From: Anolis carolinensis
Lineage: Eukaryota
Length of the DNA stretch: 64,000 nucleotides
Assembly: GCF_035594765.1 (NCBI RefSeq)
Contig: NC_085841.1
Span: forward strand, 331,771,402 to 331,835,401
Direction of reading: 5' to 3'
In this document: positions 39,002 to 51,100 of the stretch, in pieces
Numbering within the stretch: position 1 is the first letter of the stretch
How the letters are laid out: the number at the start of each line of letters is the position of its first letter
Notes under the pieces: model-generated
The model's database searches: none
What the model saw: only the letters and a program-made list of their open reading frames with translations
What the model was told of the DNA's origin: nothing
Translations under genes and position numbers: made by a program

Positions 39002-40665
39002 CTTGTCCTTGAACAATTCTTTTTTTCATGCGTCAGTTCTCTGCATAGTTGGTTCCCGCGTTGCATGCGTAAACAGAAATAACAAAATGTAACTAACTTT
39101 AATTAAACTGTACATAGAGTCTCATGAGCATAGTTTAATCGCCTTATTGAATGTTTTTCTGTGGCACAGAATTCTGAGTTAATGTAGTCCACATCTTTCT
39201 AAGAGAGTTTAAAGCACAAAGTTTGCCATTAAAACAGAAGCAGCATCATGTTACTTGCCTATCAAAATCCTATAAAGACTGTCAGGAAGAGATTAAATGG
39301 ATCCCAGAAACCCAAACCAACATACAAAGGAGTATGGTTATCACTTGGCTCCCAAAGTCCCTTGCATCTCATTTCTCTGTACTTGTGCTGTTTTTCTCTA
39401 TCATGAAAAAAAAAACATGGAAAAAGGGTTCCAGTGCTGCTCTGAGAGGCTAGTGTGCAATAGCAGTGTGTTGGACAGACTAAGATTCAAATCTTTGCTT
39501 AGCTGTGGAAATCAATGTATGGTTTTAGGCAATCATACTCTCTCAGCCTCAAAGAAAGGCAATGGCAAACTCCTTTGAACAAGTCTTGCCAAGAAAACCA
39601 AGTGACAGTGGCACCTTAGCGTCTCCATAGGTTGGAAACAATCTGAAAGTGCATCACAATAATGAACATCCGCAGAAACCGTGGAGGCTACAGACAAGGA
39701 AAGTCCTCTGATAATGCCTTTACTGTTTTTCAACTAAGGAAGACAAGGCTGTAGAGCTCTTGTGAGTTCATCAAATGGAAAATCTAGCATTGCTAACCCT
39801 CCAACGCTGTCCAATGACAAATATAGCCAGGTCTTTTCAACCAGGGCCCCGCTAGATGTGTTGGACTGCAGGCCCCATCATCCCCAGTGAGCTAAGGTTG
39901 CACTCTGATATGTCTGAGGATTACAGGTTGGGAAAGGATGGTATAAATCCCTGTGTTTCTCAATTTCCTACAGCCAAAGGCATATAATTCTTTTAAACAG
40001 AGAACTAAAATATACTCATGGTTGAGAGAAGTAAAGGGTCTGTACCAGAAAACACGATGAAGAAAAAGAAATCTCAGGCCGTCCCTACATTTCACATCTG
40101 CAAAAGAACTTCCAGGATTTCTCCAACTGCCATTCTGAATCGCAGACAAGATCGCAGTCCAAACAAAGTGCTGTCGCCATGGCAAATGCCTAGTTACTGG
40201 ATTTCTAGAACTCTTTTTGTACCGGATGACTTCACAGTTGCAGCCTTTGAAAGGACTTACTGAGTGCCAGAAAGTTAATGTTTTGAACTGTCCTAAAGGC
40301 AAAAGAATTAGGCAAATCTATGTATATAATCTATTTACATATTCAGGGATAGCAATGTTGGCCATGCAGCAAACCACAGCAAAATTCCCAAATCACAAAC
40401 AGTACTGTTTTCGTAGAGCGGGAGAGCAAATAAAAAGCACAAGTATATGTTTTATCCTTATGATTAAAACCACATTATCCATTGTTATATACTCATTTTA
40501 ATTTAAATTATGAACCACCTTGGGTCGCATGTTGAGAAAAAAGCAGAATAGTTACAAAATACTTTTTAAATATATGTAATCTAGTAAACCAACATGGTGC
40601 ATTAATATGAATAGGCTACAACTCTGGAACCAGAGTTCAAATCCGTACCCAGCCATGAAAACCCA

Positions 40666-41372
40666 GGGAGCGGTCAACAGGAGCAGGCTATAGGGAGCGG
40701 TCAACACCCCTCTTTAAGCAGCTCCACTGGCTACCAATAAGTTTCCGGGCCCAATTCAAGGTGCAGATTATTACCTATAAAGCCCTAAACGGTTCAGGAC
40801 CTGCTTATCTCCGTGACCGCCTCCTCCCCTATGAACCCACGCGGGCCTTGAGATCTTCTGGGGAGGCCCTCCTCTCACTCCCACCCCCATCTCAGGCATG
40901 GTTGGTGGGGACGAGAGAGAGGGCCTTCTCGGTGGTGGCCCCTCGGCTCTGGAATTCCCTCCCCGGGGAGATTAGGCTGGCATCCTCACTATCCATCTTT
41001 CGAAAGGACCTTAAAACATTATTTTGATGTGCATTCGAATAAATAGTTCCGGTTAGTTATTAGTTGCCACAACTACTGCACTTTATCACACTCCACTCTT
41101 ATTGATTGAACTCTGTAATGAGATCCTTAATTCCCTCTTGTAGAGTCTGCTGAATTTTATCTTACAGTTTGTATATTATGTTCAGACTTTAATGTTCTAA
41201 TGTTGATGTTTTATGCTGGTTTGTATTGTTTATACTTTTACCTGTTTTACATTGTTTTAATTATGCAGTATTTTATTGTATGTTGAAACTGGGCTTGTCC
41301 CCATGTGAGCCGCCCCGAGTCCCCCTGGGGAGAGGGGAGCGGGATATAAAAATAAAGTTATTATTATTATTA
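40666..41372 (+). mobile_element. L2 LINE 3' fragment nested in an older SINE-like repeat
   Basis: Translation LHWLPISFRAQFKVQIITYKALNGSGPAYLRDRL...ERAFSVVAPRLWNSLP (L2 ORF2 C-terminus); (TTA)n tail. The interrupted repeat resumes at ggtgactttgggcaagtca. Confidence 0.85.
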
Positions 41373-42438
41373 TAGGTGACTTTGGGCAAGTCATACTCTC
41401 TCAGCCTCTGAGGAGAGCAAAGAGAAACCTCCCTAGAACAAACCTTGCCCAGTGAGAGGTTCTGCTTATGGTCACCATAAGTTAAAACACAAAACTATTG
41501 AATCCAAGCTAAATTGTCCCCAGCGTGCTTTAGAATATCATCTGCCTTCAGAACATTTATAGCCATTGCCATCTATTTTACGAATAAATGACCTGTCATT
41601 CAGTGTAAACGTATTTCCAGATCTTCTTACAGTAAGAAAATAATTTGTCTTTACTCTTCATCCTTTAGAAGACTGCAGTTACCCTCGAAATAGTTTTACT
41701 AGAGCAGTCATACAAACACATTACGGGTCAAAGTGTAACCCTCAGTCTAGGGCTGCTCCAAAGCTGTTCTCTTCCAATACTGCAAAGCCATCATCCTTAA
41801 CACAATGCTTCCCAGATGCTTTAGATAACAAATTGTATAATTTTTGCCCACTGGTAATGCTAGCTAAGTTTGATGGTAGTTCTAGTTCCTCTGGGAGATA
41901 CCAGGTTTGGTGAAAGCTCCTGCAAATGATACCCTACTGCCACTAAGATAATATTGTTGACAAGGTGAAATTTCTGGTTCATAGAATCCCCTCCTTGAAC
42001 CTCAGTCCAAGTTTATATTTTTTTTATAATTGCTTGATTTAACTTCCGCTCTTTCTTCAGACATGAGATCCAACATGGTTTACAAAAAAGATAAATAATA
42101 ATGTAGTTAACGGGATTGGGGGCAGATTGGGAACTATAGGAGAAAGAGAAAGTTCTTACTATGCCAATGACAGTCTACTTGCACTATTTTGGATTTCACC
42201 CTTCAAGAGCCACTGATTGTAGGATGCCCTGTGAAATATGCTGCAGTTCTCTTGAGGAGCCTCAGAAGACAAAAAGCATTTCATAAAACAAAACAAAATG
42301 ATATTCTTCCTCATCCTTACAAACTTTTCCAAGACTACTGTGGAAAAACACCAGCTGATTTATCTTGAAGGCAATTTTCATAGTCAAAAACAGAGAAGAA
42401 TGAGAAAACAGTGTAGCTACAGACACGGGATGCAAAGC

Positions 42439-42444
42439 TTTATT
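42439..42444 (-). terminator. Probable polyadenylation signal of VIPAS39
   Basis: AATAAA on the minus strand ~810 nt after the stop, with GT/T-rich sequence downstream. Confidence 0.5.
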
Positions 42445-43254
42445 TACAAATATGAAAAATAGAGGGTAAAAAGGGTCCAGTGAGGAACCCCATTAACAGA
42501 AATGAGACTAGAAAAAAGGATCTAGACTCAGAGCATATCTTAGAGCATTAATATCAAGGGACAAATAGTTTTATAAGTTATTTGGGGGGGGGGGATATTA
42601 TTTCAGTCGCCCAATACGCAAAGAAGTCTCTAATTGGATGTGATTTCAAGTTCTTATTGGCTAAAAAGATTATGTTGTTAATGCACATAGATCTAAAGAA
42701 AGAAACATGAATGGGATGTCTTTCAACAGGGAAACATGAGCAGGGTTATCTCCATGGTCCTTCCTGGATTAAATAAGAATCCCAGTAATCTTGTTAAATG
42801 TGTACTAAAGGCAACAACATTGTCCAGATCAGTTTTTTATCCTGAAAAAGCAGCCATTGTCCTCAGCTTTCAACCTGGAGGGACTGGAAACAATTACTGT
42901 ACATGTAAGTTTCTTCCATTAGTAGCTGCCCTTATCTTTGCAGATGAACAGATAAATAATCTTCGCATAGCAGAAAAATTCAATTGTGTGTCATCTGTAC
43001 AAGAATGTACATTCATTATGAAGCCACGCTGTCAAGAAGGAATGTTGACATCAACTTTTTAACTTTGTATCCCATTAATTCAACATGTGGTTTAAAAGTT
43101 TGCTTCTGTCCTAGAATCCAAAGGCAGTGCCAGCTGGCAAGAGACAGACCAAACAACGACTTGAAAGCAATGGCAAGCTGTTCCTAGCAGTTGTCCTCTT
43201 TGGCTTTATTGTACCACAGGAAACCAGGCTGGGCCTGAGTTCAGTAAGCATCTT

Positions 43255-46200
43255 TCAATTCTTCCATCGGATTTGCTGAAAAAGAGAACAAGAATGAGAT
43301 ATAGGTGCTATAAAATATAATTGGACCACTATCTTCTTGTGAGGGAAGAGAGCCAGTGAATCCTGATCATGGAAACAGATAAAGACAGATAAACACAGCT
43401 GCATATACAAGAGAAAAGTTGAATGAAAAAATTATCTGTTCACTAGAACAGAAAAATAGATTTTTCCTTTCAGTGAAAGAAGCGGCAATCCACTGAATGC
43501 TGAAGAGCCGAATCAAAGCCAGAAATCTTGAGTTATTACTGAAATAGACTGATCAAAATGCCACTTTTCTTTCACTCTCACAAGCTGTATGAGTTATAGG
43601 ATAATACTGAACACAGAGAAATAAGCTTGCAAAAACCATTGTTGAAAAATAGGAGATTAGTTTTATTTCCAAAAGTATCACAAGACGCTGATAAGTTTAG
43701 TACTGTATTTACTAGCGTATTGCCTTCTAGATCTCCCAGCACACTGGATGGGGTGATGGAAAATATAGGCCAATATATCTGGAAGGATTGTTTAAACAAT
43801 AAAGCAGGAAACTCGGCCCTGAACTTTATTAACTTCTCTATATGATTTATGTAGTTAACACCATGATTACATTGTGACTTAGAAACCAAATGGAAGACAA
43901 GGGGCAACGTCAGAGTTTCAGAGACAAGGGAGAAGAATTCGAAATCAAGACAAAGCAAAGGAACAATTATCCAATAACTTTATATCACATATTAATTTTT
44001 TCATAAATTCTCTTAAGAGAGTGCCTGTCTTTACTATTACGGTGCATGGCTTTGATAACAACAACACAATATACAAAAGCAGTTGGGATTATGGCACTCA
44101 TCCATGAGAAAATTGTATGACAAAGCCAACAGTAACATCATTGAGCATCTAATAACTGGGAAGATACTGGTCTTTCCAATGTCACGTCTGCTCATCTATA
44201 ATCCCTGAAACTCCATTTTGCAACCATATATCAATGAACAACCATATTGCTAGCTTACACTGATGACTTGGCAGAACTACATGCATAAGTAGCTGTTTCT
44301 TACCAGGTTGTTGAGGATGCTATCAATCTTCTCCTCTGCTGGAGATCCCCGCTCAACTTTACATCTATATGCCATCAACTGGACACGGTCCTTCAGGTCT
44401 CTGTATGTCTAATGGAACAGTAAGAGTAAAAGCCAATTAAAGTACATCAGCAACATTTATCAAGGGCCTCAATTTAGCAGTAAGGCCTTCTTAATGACTG
44501 TACCTAGACTATGTAATTTCCTTCCATGGGAGATCTGCCTTGCAGACTTATCAGTGGTCATCTACCATACATCCTGTTTCTAGAAAGGGGTTTCCTTAAA
44601 AAAAATCAGTGGTTTCAAATGTACTGGAAAACAATTTGCCTGAAAACTACAAAAAAAACCCGACTCTAGTGGATTGTTTGTTTTTCTGCTGTGTCTTTAA
44701 CTTTGTTGTCTCTATTCATAATCATTTTCATAGTCACTCATTTTTATGTAGGACCACATCACTTTGTGGTTGTCTTCAAAGGGCTTTTGAATCTATGGAT
44801 AAAGAATCCATGGATATAGAGGATCAACTGTACTCTTTTTAACATAATGGTTACTGCTCATTAGTTTTTACCCAATTCAGATCCCCAGATGTTATTGAAT
44901 GACAGCTCCCATCACTTTTCATTATCTGCCATGGGAATTGCAACCCAACAGAATGTGTGGCACTGAGGTCGGGGAAAGGTTAAAGCACATATTAAAGTCA
45001 GACATTTCTGCAAGCCTTGTATATAAATTCAAACCCAACTACACTGACTAAACAGGACAAACTGCAGCTTTCCAGATGTTACTGTATCACAACTCCCATC
45101 AGCTATAGTCATGACATCTAATAAGAAGGAATACAGAGATTACAATCCAGCATCTGGAGGGCCACATAAAATGACATGGCAGGCTGAATTTGGCTTGGAG
45201 GCCTTGAATTTGACACATGTGCCTTAGATGCTGCTTGGGAAAAGATGGCTAGAAATGTTTTAAACCAATGTCTTGCACAGGCTGCTTTTAAAAGAGACCC
45301 ATAGTGGAGAGTTGGGGCTTTTGTTTCAACTTTCTTGAGAATGAAGCAATTTTAATATATTCTGTTACCTGCTTAATTTAGTATCATATTTTGCATTCAC
45401 AATTCTCTTTTGTTTTACCAACATTTAACAACCAAAGGTTAGGATTAATTAGCATAAAGTTAATTATCTCTAGTATTTATATTTTAATTTCTGTGCATTC
45501 AGGCCAAGAGCAGCTACAATGGAAGTGGTAACAAGAAGCACATACATAAAAAGAGGCTGTGTTTTAGAAAGCAGAGAGTTTAATCTTGAATCTGCTTCCT
45601 ATGGATAGAAGGTGGTCATGAATCCAGCTGAGAGTCCTGCTGGGGAACTGGATGAAGCAGGGATCTTTGTCAAAGTCATTCTATTTAACATTCAATACCA
45701 CAAGAGATTGAATGGGGCCCCTGGTGGCACAGCGAATTAAAGCGCTGAGCTGCTGAACTTGCGGACCAAAAGGTGCCAGGTTCAAATCCCGGGAGTGGAA
45801 TGAGCGCCCGCTGTTAGCCCCAGCTCCTGCCAACCTAGCAGTTCGAAAACATGCAAATGTGAGTAGATCAATAGGTACCGCTCCGGCGGGAAGGTAACGG
45901 TGCTCCATGCAGTCATGCCGGCCACATGACCTTGGAGGTGTCTACGGACAACGCCGGCTCTTCGGCTTAGAAATTGAGATGAGCACCAACCCCCAGAGTC
46001 GGTCACGACTGGACTTAACGTCAGGGGAAAACCTTTACCTTTTTTTTACCACAAGAGAAATGGAAGGAAAACATCTAGAAGGCTAACCTTTTTTTTTTTT
46101 TTTGCAATGAACACATGTGAACTTGTAGAAGGGGTCATGGCTTTATTCCAGCATGGTTGATGTTACCTGTCCTTCTAGCAATTACATTACATTTTCTAGA

Positions 46201-47973
46201 AACAGCCACCGAGAAGAGGAATCTGATCAAGACTACTATTACTATTATAATTGTAATTATTTTTGACACAACGACATAGTCTGGCACGGCAAAAAAGATA
46301 GATATGCTGGATTTCGTATCACAAAATCACAAGTCGAACACTTCCCAAGCATTAGGACTGTGTGATGTATTTTCGGATGATCCGCGCAGATCCCAGTAGG
46401 GTGGCCTTTTGCAGCTGGCAGATCGTAATTTTGTCAATGTCTATTGTTTCCAGCTGAGATTTTTTGGCACGGCACCCAATGTGCCGATCACCACCAAGAC
46501 CAACTGTACTGGTTTCTGCCAGAGTCTTTGAAGTCCGATCTTGAGGTCCTGACAGTGGCTGAGTTTTTCCTTTTTGTTTTTCATCAATTTGACTGTCACC
46601 TGGTAAGACGACATCAATAATCCAAACCTTTTTCTTTTCCACAACTGTGATGTGTGGTGTGTTGTGTTCCAGAACCTTGTCAGTCTGGATTCGAAAGTCC
46701 CACAGTATCTTTGCGTGTTCATTTTCCATTATCTTTGCAGGTTTGTGATTCCCACCAGTTCTTTACTGCTGGGAGGTGGTACTTGAGGCATAAGTTCCAA
46801 TGAATCATTTGGGCCACATAGTTGTGCCTCTGTTTGTAGTCAGTCTGTGCGATTTTCTTACAGCAGCTGAGGATATGATCAATGGTTTCGTCAGCTTCCT
46901 TGCACAGTCTGCATTTTGGGTCGTCAGCTGATTTTTCGATCTTAGCCTTAATTGCATTTGTTCTGAGGCTTGCTCCTGGGCTGCAAGGATCAGGCCTTCT
47001 GTCTCCTTCTTCAGGGTCCCATTCATGAGCCATAGCTAGGTCTTCTCCTTGTCAGCTTTTCCTTCAATTTTGTCAAGGAACATTCCATGCAATGTTTTGT
47101 TGTGCCAGCTGTCAGCTCTAGTTTGTAGTGTGGTTTTCTTGTACTGATTTTTTGTCTGCTGTGCTTTGAGGAGTTTCTGATTTTTGACTTCAATCAAAGC
47201 GGGTTCTTCACTTTGCTTTACATATTCTGCTAGGGCATGTTCTTCTTTGACTGCTTGTTTTACTTGTAAGAGTCCTCTGCTACCAGATCTTATAGGCAGA
47301 TATAGCCAGTCAACATCGCTGCGAGGGTGCAGTGAATGATGAATGGTCATGCGTTTTCTTGTTTTTCTGTCCAAATTGTCCAGTTCCACCTGTGTCCAGT
47401 TTATGATGCCAGCAGTATATCTTATGACAGGTATGGCCCAGGTGTTTATGGCCTTGATGATGCTGCCTCCATTGAGCTTGCTTTTGAGAATTTTTGTGAC
47501 CCTTTGTGTGCATTCTTTGCTGACCACAGTTTTCACAAGTTCATGCTTGATGTTGTCCAGCTGTAATATGTCCAGATATTTATAGGCCTCTGGCTGGTGA
47601 CACTTTATCATTTGGCCATTAGGCATATTTATGCCCTCACTTTCAATGATTTTTCCCTTCTTCAATGCCACTGTCGAACATTTGTCCAAACCAAACTCCA
47701 TGCTGATATCAGTGCTAAAAATGCAGACAGTGTTGGTCAGAGACTGGATTTCAGTTTCCGTTTTCCCATACAGCTTCAGGTCATCCATGTACATCCGATG
47801 TGAAATTTTGTGAGATTTCTTAGATGTTTGATAGCCAAGATTTGTTTTTTGTAAGATTGTCGACAGAAGGATCATGGCAATAATGAAAAGCAGAGGGGAC
47901 AATGAGTCTCCCTGGAAAATTCCTCTTCTGATGTTGACAAGTCCATAGCTTTCATTTACAACCAACAGTTCAG

Positions 47974-48030
<57 letters not shown>

Positions 48031-48150
48031 TATAATTATAATGACAATGGGCCAGTTAACTCTTTGAGAACTAAATACAGGGGTGTTATGATGTTGAAGA
48101 CTCAGTTCTTCTACCTTGAAGTTATTGGAGGAAAGGCTAAATTAGTTGTT

Positions 48151-48189
<39 letters not shown>

Positions 48190-51100
48190 TATTATTATTA
48201 ACAACAACTAATTTAGCCTTTCCTCCAATAACTTCAAGGTAGAAGAACTGAGTCTTCAACATCATAACACCCCTGTATTTAGTTCTCAAAGAGTTAACTG
48301 GCCCATTGTCATCCACACTGCTCTTAGGAGTAGTATCTGGGACATTAGGATGAGTGGCTGGTGTTTAAGTAGAGGATCTATGCCCTCCACTCTCCTGAAC
48401 ACAACAACAGGTCTACCAATATAAACAGAAAAAACAAGAGCAGCCCCTCCCCAGTATATACAGCAGAGACTCACATCTATAACCACATCATGGCACTTGT
48501 ATTTTACAGCCAGGTTCAGTTTCATCTCTATGTCTTCCACTAGGCGCACATATTCCTGTAGAACCTATATGAGGAGGAAAGGAAGTATCAGCAGAACAGA
48601 ACTACCAAAGGTTAGGATTCCTCTTCCATGCTCCTTAGCTCATATGTAAATCATTCTGCCTAGCCTTGGCAAAATGATTTTATGAAGGTCTCCCTTCATA
48701 AAATCAACAACCAAATAGCCCATTCAAAGGTAAATTCGATCAAACAACTGTCATTGTTTGGAAAGCAAGTGAAACCAAATGAACTCTCTTTTCCTATGCC
48801 CAATGAATGACAACAAACGTATACTTTGTACATTGTAGTGTTGAGTTAAATGACTACTGCCCAATAAACATTTCCAGAGGCAGGCTACTATTACTTTATA
48901 ATGGGGAAGCTTTCCTACTCACCTGCACCGGAGCATTGTTTCGCTGTAAGATCTCCACCACCCGGTGGAAACCAATAGGAGCTCTTTTTTTGGTGTAACC
49001 CAGCCAGTTCTGAAATCAGAGTAAAAAAAATCCTATTAACATTTGACCTTGAAAAAGAGTCATCCTAAATATGTTTGGGGAGGGGAAACATATGTTTAGT
49101 ATGTGGTGGATCCAAAATAAGAAGATAGGCATGGAACAATTTTCCCTAGTTCCCAATGCATTGCACAAAAGTAGGAACCTCAATGAATGAAAGAACCAGA
49201 ACATAAAAGTTTAATAAAAAGCCAAATTATTTATATATGCTCATGAGCCTATGAAAGCCACCACTTGGTCCAAGTTCAGAGAAAGCCACTCCAACTCACC
49301 TTAGTGGTGAACAAAGCATCCACATCATGCCAAGCTCGCAGTTTGGCACGAGCCGCCAGGGCTGTCAACACAAACTGTTTGTCTGGAATCTGCAAGGCAG
49401 AAAAATCAAACTCCTAAACTACAGAACAGTAGAAGCTATATGGTTGTGCCCCACCAACTGATACTGATCAATGTCCAGTGGGCCACCTAGAACATTTTGG
49501 TTGCTAGGAGTCTTTTAAAAACTTTGACTAGGAGAATCCCTTAGTCTGTTCCAGGAGGCTTTTATTACATTGAAAAAACACATAGTCTGAAATATTTGAT
49601 TTACATTATAAAAATTTTAAGAGATCCTGAGTGTAGGACATTCTCAAAAGTATAACAACCCCATGGGAATTTAATGGAAATCAGAATCAACAGTAGAAGT
49701 AGCAAACCATGCAGGACTGTAGCCTAATCCAAAAGATCAGGACACAGACTTCTAACACCCCCCATTCAACAGACATGGCTGTGTTGGACTAGGCAGAGTT
49801 CGCTTGTCTAAGAAGCATGGTCATAATCAGATACCTCTAGAATCAGGCTGAACATGGTCTCAAACTCATTAAATTGGTTCCATCCATTTTGGAATGAAAA
49901 ATGAACATCATGTAACAATTTAAATGTCATAATTTACACGAAACATTGGCTAATATGCACATTTTAGTTCCAATGCTGGTGCATGAAGCCAGATTTCATA
50001 CACCCAAAACTTTCACAATGAACAGGCATCTACCCTATCTAGATCAACCTGCACAATCCAGATCATTAGCAAAGAGAAACATACCATAACAAAATGAATA
50101 GCCCCAAATGATCTAAGTCAGAGAGCCAAGTTACCTACTACGGGACAATGCAACTATGGTCTCCAAACTTAATGAACCCCTTCCCACCACATCTTTTTGA
50201 AGAAAAACTAGGAGAAACTACATCATAGCTACAGCTGCTGCAATTTCAAAGCAAAACAGCATAATATCCCAGCTGAATATCAGGAGGCCCCAAGGATAAT
50301 TTATCATCAAAGACTTTTTGTGGCTTAGGGCAACTTCAAGCAGCAAATGATCTTGAGACTTAAGCTACAAGTAGTCTTCATTAACGAACTTTAATTCCAC
50401 ACCCAGTTTTTCCATTCTGAATGGATGGAATTCAGCTCTCAAGAACTACTCAATTTGGAAATTTGCTTTGGTCAAAACTTAGTCCATATCTCTAGCTTAG
50501 AACTCTGGCTGCCCCACAGGGCTTTTTTGAATACTTGCAGCCAAGCCTCTCAGGACATTAGATCAACGTTCATATCAATGTTCATGGTTTGAGTGCAACA
50601 CCAACCATGATTTGACATTAGAACAACTAGCTTGTGTGAACCTCAGGTCAGAAGTCAACCATTTCCTTCTGCCTGCAGATTTTATGAAGTTGACTTGTTA
50701 CTGACTCACTTCTAATGTGCATATATCTAGCAGCATTACTGTCTCGTAGAACACATCCTTAGCAAACTTCGGATTACTTACCTTAAAGGTTTTCTTCAAG
50801 TTTGCAGGACTACTGAAGGTGCCCTGGGAAAGCAAGACATGGTAAAGTTAATGAAGGAGATCGGCCTGGGGGGGAAGAGGGTGAGCAGAGAATGGAGATG
50901 ATTTTCTAATATGAAGATTTCGGTCTACTTCTAGCTCTGTTTTGTTCCTCATTATCATTATTTTATGTCTTCAAAATCTAGTTTCCTCACAAACTTTCCA
51001 CAACTAAGTTTGTGTCAACTTTTCTTCAGTTACATGCATTATTTACTTAAACAGTTTTAGATATACGTAGACATACAAATAAAACCAAATTAATCTGCAT

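Noticed and set aside
48041-48312. Canonical pre-miRNA or a MITE
   Set aside because: The stem is perfect and far longer than a pre-miRNA, the loop is a microsatellite, and no TSD or transposon-type terminus is visible. An inverted duplication of the flank fits better.
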